64,000 nt of DNA from a virus (IMGVR_UViG_3300033069_001774:1-64000), one strand, 5' to 3'; shown: positions 9,177 through 18,436, counted from the first letter of the stretch. Numbers and translations are program-made. The notes: a model not told the origin generated them from the sequence alone.

Positions 9177-9276
9177 CCCACACCGGCGTCGAGCTGTAGC
9201 AGCTCCGCCGGAAACTTTCGGACGGCAAACGTCCACCCGCTGGCCCGGCGGAACCAAGGGCAAGGAAAATACGAAC

Positions 9277-9672
9277 ATGTCTAAAAGCAATCAGACCTCT
9301 ACTACTACCTGGAATTATACCGCAGGAGCGTGCTTCTTCATCGCGATGATCATCATGCTCCTGGACAACATCACGCGCTATTACTGGCCCGCGTATAAGG
9401 ACGCCGCAGTGGTCAACCTTGGTGTGAGTTTTCTAATCGTCGTCCTGATGGTTATTGACCTCTGGCACGGCTGGCTGAATCGCAAAAGCGCCTCAGTACA
9501 GCAGGACGAGTTCAACTGCTACGTCGACTTCTGCAAGTACAAGCTGGACTTGTTCCTGTGCGAAGACGGCGAAACGCTCGGCATCACCGCCGAGCATGAG
9601 GACGACGACATGCGGAGCATCGACTTGTTCATCACGCGGGACATGAAGGTCACACCACCCAGCGTAAAATGA
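9277..9672 (+). CDS. Membrane protein with two transmembrane segments
   Basis: Two hydrophobic stretches; AAGGA upstream. Confidence 0.65.
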   Translation: MSKSNQTSTTTWNYTAGACFFIAMIIMLLDNITRYYWPAYKDAAVVNLGVSFLIVVLMVIDLWHGWLNRKSASVQQDEFNCYVDFCKYKLDLFLCEDGETLGITAEHEDDDMRSIDLFITRDMKVTPPSVK

Positions 9673-9908
9673 TCACGCAGATAAACAAAGGTTTGCCGCT
9701 AGAGCAACAAGCAGGCTTGGCGCATATCGCGTCCAGTCATCCGGTGAAGAAAAAGAAGACCAACACCCGAGGATCAGACGCCTCGGGTGATGCCAGATCC
9801 AAAGCCCTCAAGGGCGCCGATTCCAAGAAGCGGCGCACCCACGCGGCAGAAATGGCGAGCTACTTCGACACTGGTCGTAAAAAGAAACGCGAGCATAAAA
9901 ACAAGTGA
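9669..9908 (+). CDS. Small basic hypothetical protein
   Basis: Lys/Arg-rich; ATGA overlap with the previous gene; followed by a terminator. Confidence 0.55.
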   Translation: MITQINKGLPLEQQAGLAHIASSHPVKKKKTNTRGSDASGDARSKALKGADSKKRRTHAAEMASYFDTGRKKKREHKNK

Positions 9909-9913
9909 CGCAC

Positions 9914-9952
9914 GCACACCGCCGGGGAGACTCGGCGGTGTGCCTTTCTTTT
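9914..9952 (+). terminator. Intrinsic terminator
   Basis: GCACACCGCCGGG-GAGA-CTCGGCGGTGTGC followed by CTTTCTTTT. Confidence 0.8.
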
Positions 9953-10029
9953 AGCTATCGCAACATTGCATTTCGGTCTTGCGAATCGTCGCACCTTATG
10001 CCTCAATGCGGTGCCTACCCTACACACCC

Positions 10030-10455
10030 ATGAAACCACCACGTATCACGTTCTCCAACATCGTTATCTTCATCTACTGCATCGCCGCCTGTGCTTTGCT
10101 AACGCAGTGCCTCACCCCAGCGCAGAAAGACAAGGCCAAGGTCATGGCCGAGCAGATCCTCACGAATGTCGGCAAGGAAGCCGGCATCGCTGTCGCCAGT
10201 GTCGCCACCGACCTCGCTCAGCTCAAGCTCACCCAGGCCCAGGCCAAGCTTGCTGCCACCCGCGCCGCCGTGACCGCTGACACCAGCGCCAAGGATCTCG
10301 CGAAGCTCGGCGTGCAGGAAGTCGCCGCCAAGCAGGCTGCCAAGTTGCTGGCCCAGGCAGATGCCGAGCTCGCCAAACTGAAGGCGGTTGACACGTTGCC
10401 CACACCTCTGACCCCGCTCCCCGACACCATAACCGGCGTCGTCGTCACCCCCTGA
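10030..10455 (+). CDS. Putative lipoprotein or membrane-anchored coiled-coil protein (possibly lysis-associated)
   Basis: Basic N-terminus, hydrophobic core, LTQC, then an Ala/Lys-rich helix. Confidence 0.6.
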   Translation: MKPPRITFSNIVIFIYCIAACALLTQCLTPAQKDKAKVMAEQILTNVGKEAGIAVASVATDLAQLKLTQAQAKLAATRAAVTADTSAKDLAKLGVQEVAAKQAAKLLAQADAELAKLKAVDTLPTPLTPLPDTITGVVVTP

Positions 10456-10480
10456 TCTTCAATCCCACTCTTCGCGCATC

Positions 10481-10855
10481 ATGTCTTCCCCATCCGCGTT
10501 CCCTACCGTCATGGCGTTCGTCATCAACTTGTTCTCCAAGAACTCTGGTGCAATCGCCCGCGCAGTCGCTGGTGTCGTCACCGGCGCCATCGCCAGCCTG
10601 TTGATCAAAGTCTTCGGCTACACCCTCTCCGCTGAGGAAAACCTCAAGCTCATTGGCGGGGTCACCGCCGGTGTGACGTGGCTCATCGGGGAGTGGACCA
10701 CTTACCTGCAGAACAAGAACATCTCCGCACTGCAGGATGCCATGAAAGTCATCGACGCCTCTGTGGTTGTCGATGGACACATCGGGGCAGTTACCGTGGC
10801 AGCAGTCGAGCGTGCCGCTGATGCACTGCAGACTGCCACCAACCCCGGCAAGTAA
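10481..10855 (+). CDS. Putative holin
   Basis: 124 aa with two hydrophobic helices, close to the spanin-like pair. Confidence 0.45.
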   Translation: MSSPSAFPTVMAFVINLFSKNSGAIARAVAGVVTGAIASLLIKVFGYTLSAEENLKLIGGVTAGVTWLIGEWTTYLQNKNISALQDAMKVIDASVVVDGHIGAVTVAAVERAADALQTATNPGK

Positions 10856-10915
10856 TTCAACCGCACGCGCGGGACGGTCAACCAGCTGTCCTGCGTGTGC
10901 CATCATATCCCAGCC

Positions 10916-11209
10916 ATGCCTGCAAAACCCAAGAGAGAAAGTCTGCCCACCGATATCCACCAGTGGAACTGGTGGTTTAACGCACTGATGCCTGACGGCA
11001 CAAAGTGCAAATTCAAAGGCTCCATCGAAGCACCCAACGATCGCATGGGAAACACCGCGAGCGACCGGGTAAACAAGATGATGCGCGACAAGCACCCCAC
11101 TGCGCGGTGGTGGCGTGGTAACGCAAAAGGCTACAACATCGATTCAGCCACATGCACGATAGGCCCGACTGTACAGCGCGGTAAATTCCTTCGTCCTGGG
11201 GAGGCGTAA
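10916..11209 (+). CDS. Hypothetical protein
   Basis: ORF within a co-oriented run. Confidence 0.55.
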   Translation: MPAKPKRESLPTDIHQWNWWFNALMPDGTKCKFKGSIEAPNDRMGNTASDRVNKMMRDKHPTARWWRGNAKGYNIDSATCTIGPTVQRGKFLRPGEA

Positions 11210-11212
11210 CAC

Positions 11213-11482
11213 ATGCCTCCCGACAACATACCTGACGGTCCGACTGCGAGCATGCGGCGCTTCTTCCGCATGTCGTCTGTGTTTCCCGTGCAGAAGATAA
11301 CGCAGTGCGTATTCTGTGGCGAGAAAGAGCACGCTATTGTGCGCATGGCCGCCGTGGACCAGCCGCGCTGGATACGCCGGCTGGATGAGCTGGGTGCGAG
11401 CAAGAAGCACATAGCCTGCATCCTCGATCTCCCTGCAAATTCAAAACAACTCGAAGCCTACTATGCTCGCCGCCCTCGCTAA
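11213..11482 (+). CDS. Hypothetical protein with CxxC
   Basis: CVFCG motif; within a co-oriented run. Confidence 0.5.
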   Translation: MPPDNIPDGPTASMRRFFRMSSVFPVQKITQCVFCGEKEHAIVRMAAVDQPRWIRRLDELGASKKHIACILDLPANSKQLEAYYARRPR

Positions 11483-11744
11483 CATCTACACCGCACTGCT
11501 GGCCGCGTTGAAAGCGCTGACGCGCGTCCTCGAAGTCGCGCCCACGTTTCTGCTGTGCTTCTACGAAAACAAACTCGACAACATCAACGATGAAATCCTC
11601 TCTCTTGAATCTGCTGGTGACCCTAAGCATCGGGATCGCCTTGGCCAGCTGCGCGTCAAAAAAGCCAGCGTTGGAAAACTCTATGAGGCTTTACGCGCCC
11701 GATTTGCTGCGGCTGACAGCGGGGACAAGCCTGCAAACCCTTGA
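11463..11744 (+). CDS. Putative i-spanin (Rz-like)
   Basis: Hydrophobic N-terminus plus coiled coil; overlapped by a lipoprotein gene in another frame. Confidence 0.5.
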   Translation: MLAALANIYTALLAALKALTRVLEVAPTFLLCFYENKLDNINDEILSLESAGDPKHRDRLGQLRVKKASVGKLYEALRARFAAADSGDKPANP

Positions 11745-11829
11745 TGGGGCGTACACTGCACAGACCGACGAAGTGTGGCATTCGCATGCCAACTACATGG
11801 ACCGCGTGAGGGAGGCGTTGTCGAAGTGA
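11590..11829 (+). CDS. Lipoprotein, putative o-spanin (Rz1-like)
   Basis: MKSSLLNLLVTLSIGIALASC lipobox; 155-nt overlap with the previous gene. Confidence 0.6.
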   Translation: MKSSLLNLLVTLSIGIALASCASKKPALENSMRLYAPDLLRLTAGTSLQTLDGAYTAQTDEVWHSHANYMDRVREALSK

Positions 11830-12500
11830 AAGCTGCCCCTCTTGTCTTCCTCGACCTCGACGGTGTCGTCCGTTTGATGTGTGACGCGGCAAACGCAGGC
11901 GCCTACCCACCTGACCTGCTCGCGTGTCCGGGACAGCCGCCGTCCTATTTCGATTTCGCATGCGTGCGTCGTTTGAATCAATTGCTGGATGACACGGATG
12001 CGCAGTTTGTCATCATCAGCACGCTGCGCCTGGTGCATCCTTGGCCTAAGCTCATGCATGCTTTACAGCAGGCTGGTATTCCGCTGTGGCGCATGCATCA
12101 GGACACAGGCCTGCCGTGGTCCGGCGATCGTGGCAGGGACATCATGCAGTGGCTCGCGCGCAACCAGGACGTCACCAACTGGTGTGTGCTCGACGACGAG
12201 CTCGCATTGCCCGACGACTGCCACATGGATATCGTTTTCGATATGTTTCGCTTCCACCCCGACGGCGCTGCTGGTCGCGTTGTCGGCGCTGGTATGCCAA
12301 TGGCGGCGATTGGCGACACAGGCAGATTCGCAGGTGCATGGGCGTGCGCCTGGATACTTGAACAATGTTTGAGAGAGCAGGAACAGGCTTACGTGCCGGG
12401 ACCACTGCATGAGCTGGTAGTCGCACAAACGAATTTGCACACCGCGCCGTTGTGGCTCGTGCACTGGACACCTACAACCTTCAACATCGAACCTTGGTGA
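11826..12500 (+). CDS. HAD-superfamily protein (HAD_SAK-like)
   Basis: LVFLDLDGV, VIISTLR, RGRDIMQWL and VLDD motifs. Confidence 0.75.
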   Translation: MKAAPLVFLDLDGVVRLMCDAANAGAYPPDLLACPGQPPSYFDFACVRRLNQLLDDTDAQFVIISTLRLVHPWPKLMHALQQAGIPLWRMHQDTGLPWSGDRGRDIMQWLARNQDVTNWCVLDDELALPDDCHMDIVFDMFRFHPDGAAGRVVGAGMPMAAIGDTGRFAGAWACAWILEQCLREQEQAYVPGPLHELVVAQTNLHTAPLWLVHWTPTTFNIEPW

Positions 12501-12652
12501 AAATCATCGCCCTCTGCCTGCTCTCCCTGTCCCTCTCCTCCTGTGTGCTGTGGTGGGACACTTCCACCCGCCGCCCCTGCATCCTGTCCCCCATCATTCT
12601 CACAGAGGAGCCGAACGGGTCACACCGTCTCGTGCCGATCTGGGGCTACTGA
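12497..12652 (+). CDS. Small lipoprotein
   Basis: GTG start; MKIIALCLLSLSLSSC lipobox. Confidence 0.55.
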   Translation: MKIIALCLLSLSLSSCVLWWDTSTRRPCILSPIILTEEPNGSHRLVPIWGY

Positions 12653-12741
12653 AAAACCAGTTGCGCCCCATCCTTCCCCCTCTCTCATCACCCTGCGGCA
12701 CAAGCCGCCTACATAACCCAAACCAGCACCATCCCAGCCAG

Positions 12742-15700
12742 ATGAACACCGATAACGAAAACCACACGCAGACACCTGCAATCCCTGAACCCGGCACCGT
12801 CGTGCTTTGTCAGGATCCTGTTATACACCTCGTACAGGAATTCAAATTCCTGCCTCCGGTAAACGCGCCGCAATTGTTTCAAACAGGACGCGTCACCGGC
12901 AAGGCCTTGCTCCGCCAAGGTCAGATCACGCGCGTCCTGGTGGAGACCTACGAAGCCACGTCTACCGGCAGTGGCCACCTCCCTGTATTGAGCATGACTC
13001 AGATGGAGCAGCTTCTGTGCGGTGTGCCTCCCACCCGCGTCGCAGGGCAAGGCAAAGAAGCTGACGTGGCCACGGCGCTGGAGTTCGCCCGTGCGACACA
13101 GGCCAAGCTGAAAGCGGCTGCAGAGACACGCAAAGAACTTTCAACACCTTCGGGCTTGCTCGGGCGCTGGGGTAACGAACCCACGCAGGAACTGCACACC
13201 GGCGCCGGGCACGCGGTCAAGCTCTCGGGCGAGCAGATCATTCAAGCCGTCGACGAAGACGAGGCGAAAGCAGAAGCGGCGGTGGCGCAGCATGTCGATT
13301 TCCTTGCGCGTAAAATTGCGCAGCTTCATCCTTCGGAGCGGGATGCCGCACTTGCGGAATTGGATCACGACAAACAGGTGCGTACCATGGTGGAGGAGAG
13401 ACTGCCGCTGCACGTCAAAGACACGCCAACGCCGCTGACGGTCCAGGAGCGTGCGTACAAACTCGCTTTGCAACTGCTGCGCACCGATGACGTGTCGGCG
13501 CGGGATCACACCATCAAGGAGCTGCGCCACACAGACCCTGCGTTCTTTGCGCTGGTTAACACGCGCCTCGAGATGTTGCGCAAGGCTGTGTACCCACAAC
13601 GCACAGCGGATCATCGCGTCGTGTCCATGCTCGCCCCTGCGGAGCCCACCGGGCACCCATTGCTGATCTCCTTCGAGGGCATCGACGGCTCAGGCAAATC
13701 CACACAGGTGCGTGCGCTGCAGCAGCGCCTGATCGCCAACGGCTACCGCTGCGTGGTTCTCCGCGAGCCTGGCGGCACCTCACTCGGCGAGAAGATCCGC
13801 AGTCTGCTGCTGGCCAAATCCGACGACAAGATGCACGCGGAAGCGGAGCTGCTGCTGTTCGCCGCCAGCCGTGCGCAGATTGTGCGCGAACGGATTCGTC
13901 CGCTGCTCGACGCCGGCACGATCGTGATCATGGACCGGTTCATCGACTCGACCGTGGCCTATCAGGGCTTCGGTCGCGAGCTTGACCTCGACTTCATCCA
14001 CAAGCTCAACGCTTACGCGACTGGCGGCCTTCTCCCCGGGCGCACGATCCTGCTGGAGATCGACGTAGCCGAAGCCCGTGCGCGGCGCAAAGGCCAGGAA
14101 GCTGACCGCATGGAAGCCGAGGCTGATACCTTCCTCTCCAAAGTGGTGGATGGTTTCACAGCACAGGCACGCGTGCACAAATCCCGCATCCGCGTTGCGG
14201 TGGCCACCTCGCAGGAACATGTGCTGGCTGATCGCATCTGGCAGTCCTTCCAGGATCTCGTGCCGCAGTGGCTCGATTGCGTTGTTGAAGCAGCCACAGG
14301 GCTTCAAGGAGCGCCACCCGTGGGCGTCGCAGCTGACGGCGTCTTGGCGGGCTCCGAAGTCACAAAAGACGGGGACGGGCGTCTCGCATTCCCTGCCGGT
14401 CGCCAGATGGGCAAAAGCGCCACACAGCAGGAACTGTTGAAGCAACAGATGGAAGATCCCGCGTTCGCCGCTAAATGGCTGGAGAGCCGCGCGAGCGCGC
14501 AACCCACACCTTGTCTGCTCGGCGGCACTGCGCAGGGTACCATCACCATGCCAACGCAAGCACGTGCGTATGAGAAAGTGGAGAGCGCACTGCTGGAGCT
14601 GCACAAGGACGCCAAAGATGAGCAGTTCGACGCGGTACGCTGTCAGCTGAACCGCGCATTATTTGCATGGCCACGCACGGACACTGGTGTTAAGCACACA
14701 CCCGACGAAGGCAATGGACCGCGCGTCGTTGCCATGGGCGGCGAAGGTGGCGCAAATCGAGGCGGCGACGCTTACCCCGAACGCGAACTCTCGCTCGTGT
14801 CCCGGGACTACCGCGTGCTGTGGGTCCCCGCAGAAGATCTGACGCGCCACGTCATGGCTGCTTGGTTGCCCAAGGCTGCAGCGGAGTTCCAACGTGTGAC
14901 CAAACTTGAGCCTACGCATTTGGTGGCGTCGGGTGATGACTACAACAAAGCTTTGAGTTATTTACGCCCAACGGGGGAGGGCACACCAGCGGTGTGGCGT
15001 GTGCTTGGTCTGGAAGTAACAGCGATCAATGCGCCGAACTATCCAAAGCAAGGCAGCTTGTTTGTGCCCACCTCAGACCGCGGCTTGTTGCTGGCTGCGC
15101 GGGTGGGTGAAAATGCGTGGGTTGTTCAGAGCAAACCACCACACGTGCATGTGACGCAGCCGCTCAAGCTCTTTGCATCACTGGACTTCACACCCGATTA
15201 CGCCGACATGGCGCAAGTGGTGACGGAACTGCATGCAGTAGTGCAGCGCGCATTGAGCGCCGCGCACATACCGACAGCGCACGTGCAGGTGTCACTGCCT
15301 GCCAAACTAAAGGCAGCCTTTGAAATGCTACCCGCTTCCGAGCTGGTGTACATCGCAGGCTCACTACTCGCTCCGGATGCCTGGAAACATCTGCTCGGTG
15401 TGGAGATCATCGACTGGAGCACGGAAGATAAAATCAATTTCTATGCGTTGCCGCCGTACACCAACGAGGAAGCCATAACCCCGGGGCACCCGCCTGCGGA
15501 AGACATTCGCCTGCTGCGCCACAACTGCGATAAGATCACGGAGTCCACGATCTGCGTCATCCGCTCGTGGCTCTTTGGCAATGTTGTGCGGCCTGCAGAG
15601 AGCATTAAAAACGTCCCCAAGGACAAGATGTATGTCCGCATGCCTGCTGAGTTGTGGGACATGCTCCGAAAAGAGTTCAGTTACAATAGCATTGCACATG

Positions 15701-15870
15701 ACGCGTTCGGCTCTGATTTGACAACCGACCTCGAAAACAACCGCCCTTGGACTGAGCTGTTTGGTTACCGCATCAAGGACTGGACAGAGAAGTGCGCGGT
15801 CACGTTCTGGGCTGCACCATGCGACATCCCTGTCGCTGCGCCGATTGAAGTCGAATCCCCTACCTTATAA
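12742..15870 (+). CDS. tmk: Large multidomain protein containing thymidylate kinase
   Basis: ISFEGIDGSGKSTQ, REPGGT, ELLLFAASRAQ and MDRFIDSTVAYQG at about 13660-14270; long unexplained flanks. Confidence 0.85.
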   Translation: MNTDNENHTQTPAIPEPGTVVLCQDPVIHLVQEFKFLPPVNAPQLFQTGRVTGKALLRQGQITRVLVETYEATSTGSGHLPVLSMTQMEQLLCGVPPTRVAGQGKEADVATALEFARATQAKLKAAAETRKELSTPSGLLGRWGNEPTQELHTGAGHAVKLSGEQIIQAVDEDEAKAEAAVAQHVDFLARKIAQLHPSERDAALAELDHDKQVRTMVEERLPLHVKDTPTPLTVQERAYKLALQLLRTDDVSARDHTIKELRHTDPAFFALVNTRLEMLRKAVYPQRTADHRVVSMLAPAEPTGHPLLISFEGIDGSGKSTQVRALQQRLIANGYRCVVLREPGGTSLGEKIRSLLLAKSDDKMHAEAELLLFAASRAQIVRERIRPLLDAGTIVIMDRFIDSTVAYQGFGRELDLDFIHKLNAYATGGLLPGRTILLEIDVAEARARRKGQEADRMEAEADTFLSKVVDGFTAQARVHKSRIRVAVATSQEHVLADRIWQSFQDLVPQWLDCVVEAATGLQGAPPVGVAADGVLAGSEVTKDGDGRLAFPAGRQMGKSATQQELLKQQMEDPAFAAKWLESRASAQPTPCLLGGTAQGTITMPTQARAYEKVESALLELHKDAKDEQFDAVRCQLNRALFAWPRTDTGVKHTPDEGNGPRVVAMGGEGGANRGGDAYPERELSLVSRDYRVLWVPAEDLTRHVMAAWLPKAAAEFQRVTKLEPTHLVASGDDYNKALSYLRPTGEGTPAVWRVLGLEVTAINAPNYPKQGSLFVPTSDRGLLLAARVGENAWVVQSKPPHVHVTQPLKLFASLDFTPDYADMAQVVTELHAVVQRALSAAHIPTAHVQVSLPAKLKAAFEMLPASELVYIAGSLLAPDAWKHLLGVEIIDWSTEDKINFYALPPYTNEEAITPGHPPAEDIRLLRHNCDKITESTICVIRSWLFGNVVRPAESIKNVPKDKMYVRMPAELWDMLRKEFSYNSIAHDAFGSDLTTDLENNRPWTELFGYRIKDWTEKCAVTFWAAPCDIPVAAPIEVESPTL

Positions 15871-15876
15871 CACGTC

Positions 15877-16734
15877 ATGCCTACGCCTACATTCCCCGAC
15901 CTGCGCCCCGATCAAGCCGCCAAGGCAGATCCGATCGCCGTCCGCTACCTCCAGCAAGCTCTGATCAGTCAGGGCTACACCGTGAAACCCACGGGCAAAT
16001 ACGACAACGCTACCATCGGCGCAGTGATGGACTTCCAGGCCACACACCTTGGCAGCAAGGGCACCCACCTGCTTGTTGACGGCTGGGTGGGTAAGGCCAC
16101 GTGGTGGGCCGTCCAGAATCCGTCAGGCGCTGCGCAGATCAGCGACATCGACTCCATGATCCGCAAGGGTCTGTCGGCTGATCGCAAAGCCATTCTGCGC
16201 ACCGCGTTCTCCGACCACGCGCGTGGTGTGAAAGAAGTGCCGGACGGCGCCAACTACGGCGACGGTGTCACGCGCTACCTCGAAGGTATCGGGCCTGCGT
16301 TCTGGTGCTGCGCCGCGGTGAGCACCTGGCACAAGGACGCCAAGGATGCCTGGCCATTCGGGACGCGCTTCGTCTCTGTGGCTGCGCTCTGGAAGAAAGC
16401 CGGCGAACTCGGCCGCGCCGTGCCCATCAGCGCACGTCCAGTCCCTTGTCCCGGGGATGCGTTCGTGTTCCTGTATCGCAACAGCCGTGGCGCCTTGACC
16501 GGTCTTGGCCACATCGGGCTGGTGGCCGCTACGGCTGCGAACGGTGTGATGTTCAACACCGTGGAGGGTAACGTGGGCAACCGTGTGAAGGTCAGCCTGC
16601 GCGACATCGACAACCCAGTGCTCGTGGGCTTCGTCGACTTCTTCGGGGATCGTGCTGCTGTGCTTCCGAAAGTGGAGCGCGGACTCTTCAGCAAATCCGA
16701 AACGGCAGACTCATCACTGGCAGGAACTCGCTAA
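15877..16734 (+). CDS. Endolysin: peptidoglycan-binding domain plus CHAP domain
   Basis: LQQAL..G.YD..T..AV..FQ...L.VDG.VGK.TW, then FWC, GHIGLV and TVEGN. Confidence 0.85.
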   Translation: MPTPTFPDLRPDQAAKADPIAVRYLQQALISQGYTVKPTGKYDNATIGAVMDFQATHLGSKGTHLLVDGWVGKATWWAVQNPSGAAQISDIDSMIRKGLSADRKAILRTAFSDHARGVKEVPDGANYGDGVTRYLEGIGPAFWCCAAVSTWHKDAKDAWPFGTRFVSVAALWKKAGELGRAVPISARPVPCPGDAFVFLYRNSRGALTGLGHIGLVAATAANGVMFNTVEGNVGNRVKVSLRDIDNPVLVGFVDFFGDRAAVLPKVERGLFSKSETADSSLAGTR

Positions 16735-16738
16735 AATT

Positions 16739-17332
16739 ATGTTCGTCGGAGAACTACAACCAGATGAACTGTTCCTGCTGAATAGCCTCATCAATTGTGT
16801 GTGCGGCAGCACCATGACAAACATGACGTCGGATACTGCGCGGTGTGAGCATTTCGGATGTGCTCGCTACCACGTGGTGTACGAACGCCCGCAGATCCCG
16901 CTGCAGCGTGCACGCGTGCCCCGCCCCAGCACGCCCCCTGTGTCACCCCCGTCAGCAAGCCTGGCTCCTGCCTGTGACACCACAGTCCCGCTGGGGTTCC
17001 TGCGACAAACCGGGCGCACGTACCGCATGCTGCAACACGCGGTGCAGCTTGTGGATCAGGACATACCTGTGACCATCGTCGTCCTGGACTCCGTGCAGGC
17101 GCGGCATATGCGCAGCAAGATTGACCACGCGTTCCCACGGCTATCGGGAGAGGTGCGCATCATAAATCTGGCATCCGAGCCCCGGTTCGAATTGGAGACT
17201 TTACATATCACCGGCGTTGACGCACGTGGTGTGCTGTTCGATCATTATGTTCTCGAACGTCGTGCAGAAAAGCTTCTGGCTGCACTGCACTACTTCGATC
17301 CGCCTGTTCCGCGACCGCCGCAGAGCTGGTGA
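16739..17332 (+). CDS. Small degenerate P-loop protein resembling a terminase ATPase fragment
   Basis: LRQTGRTYRML Walker-A-like and GVLFDH Walker-B-like motifs; N-terminal Cys cluster. Confidence 0.5.
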   Translation: MFVGELQPDELFLLNSLINCVCGSTMTNMTSDTARCEHFGCARYHVVYERPQIPLQRARVPRPSTPPVSPPSASLAPACDTTVPLGFLRQTGRTYRMLQHAVQLVDQDIPVTIVVLDSVQARHMRSKIDHAFPRLSGEVRIINLASEPRFELETLHITGVDARGVLFDHYVLERRAEKLLAALHYFDPPVPRPPQSW

Positions 17333-17340
17333 TAAAAGCT

Positions 17341-17463
17341 TGCGGCGCAAGGTAGTCATTACGCAAATGTTGAGAGTCCCTGGCTGGGAGGATAAAACAA
17401 GGGCGTTGAAAAAGATCTGTTTTTCTTGGTTGGGTCTTCAGATCGATGACACCTTGCGCCGCA
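17341..17463 (+). ncRNA. Putative structured RNA
   Basis: Perfect 13-bp stem TGCGGCGCAAGGT/ACCTTGCGCCGCA extended by GTCAT/ATGAC; internal hairpins; T-run downstream. Confidence 0.55.
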
Positions 17464-17496
17464 TTTTTATTTTAAATTTATCTTGCGCGGTACAAC

Positions 17497-17597
17497 GGCT
17501 GCGACAATACTCGAAACCTGTCGCGTTCCGAACAGGGGATGAGATCAACTGGCGCAGGTCGTCAGCAAGATGCAACCTCCAAGGAATTGCGGCAGCC
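17497..17597 (+). ncRNA. Putative structured RNA
   Basis: GGCTGC..CAAT / ATTG..GCAGCC closing stem, inner CCTGT/ACAGG; abuts tRNA-Met. Confidence 0.35.
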
Positions 17598-17601
17598 CAA
17601 T

Positions 17602-17674
17602 TGCAGGGAGAGCCAGTGCTCCGGTGAGCCTCATAAGCTTGCTTTGGTCGGTGCAACTCCGTCCCCTGCGTCCA
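17602..17674 (+). tRNA. tRNA with CAT anticodon (Met), atypical D and T arms
   Basis: Acceptor TGCAGGG/CCCTGCG, anticodon loop CTCATAA, T-loop TGCAACT, encoded CCA. Confidence 0.75.
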
Positions 17675-17759
17675 ATTTTCCTCACATGCACTTCTTGCGA
17701 CTCTCGCCATCACGTAGTTACCGACTCTCCTGAACGGAGAAGTTGTGGACGTTGATTTT

Positions 17760-17849
17760 GGAGGGCTCCGCTTAGTGGAAGTAAACAAGTCTTGAAAACT
17801 TGGGGTGTCGTTAGTAGCGCACGGCGTTCGATCCGTCAGCCCTCCGCCA
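17760..17849 (+). tRNA. tRNA-Ser(TGA)
   Basis: GGAGGGC/GCCCTCC acceptor, CAAGT-CTTGAAA-ACTTG, long variable arm, GTTCGAT, GCCA end. Confidence 0.9.
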
Positions 17850-17902
17850 TCTTCTAGGTTCGAATCTATGGACAACGTACCAGTTTATGCTCATGTGGTT
17901 GT

Positions 17903-18436
17903 ATGAGCGACAAACCTAAAGAACAACGCGCGGCCGAGGCTGGCTACACTGTGAATAAGGAGGGCACGGAGATTAGGAATCCCCAAGGCATCAAAGTTGC
18001 CACATTCGAAAGCAAAGGTTATCGCATATTCGACTTCGGTCCTAAAGCCGACAGAAAACACATTTACGTTCATCGGTTTCAAGCTTGGTTCAAATTCAAC
18101 ACGACCATGTATGGTGCCGGGCTGCAAGTAAGACATCTCGATGGTAATTCCAGAAACAACCACGCGGACAATTTGGCATTAGGCACGCAATCTCAAAATA
18201 TGCTGGATCGTCCGGCTGCAGACAGAAAAGCGCATGGTTACCAAACTTCACGACACATCGCCAAACACGATCACGCCGCCGTGATCAGCTATTACAAAGC
18301 GCACGGTTTCAAAGCTACGCTAGCAGCCTTCAACATCTCGAGTAAAGGCACGCTCAGTTTCATTTTAAACAAAACACAAACAGGCGTTCCAGTGACAGCG
18401 CAAGAACGCCCGAAAAGGAAAAATTCCAAAGGATGA
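17903..18436 (+). CDS. HNH homing endonuclease
   Basis: YVHRF...VRHLDGNSRNNHADNLALGTQSQN; more AT-rich than flanking genes. Confidence 0.9.
   Translation: MSDKPKEQRAAEAGYTVNKEGTEIRNPQGIKVATFESKGYRIFDFGPKADRKHIYVHRFQAWFKFNTTMYGAGLQVRHLDGNSRNNHADNLALGTQSQNMLDRPAADRKAHGYQTSRHIAKHDHAAVISYYKAHGFKATLAAFNISSKGTLSFILNKTQTGVPVTAQERPKRKNSKG

Noticed and set aside
14395-14420. Terminase large subunit (GRQMGKS)
   Set aside because: The motif is isolated, with no downstream Walker B or nuclease domain; terminase and portal were not recognised in the window.
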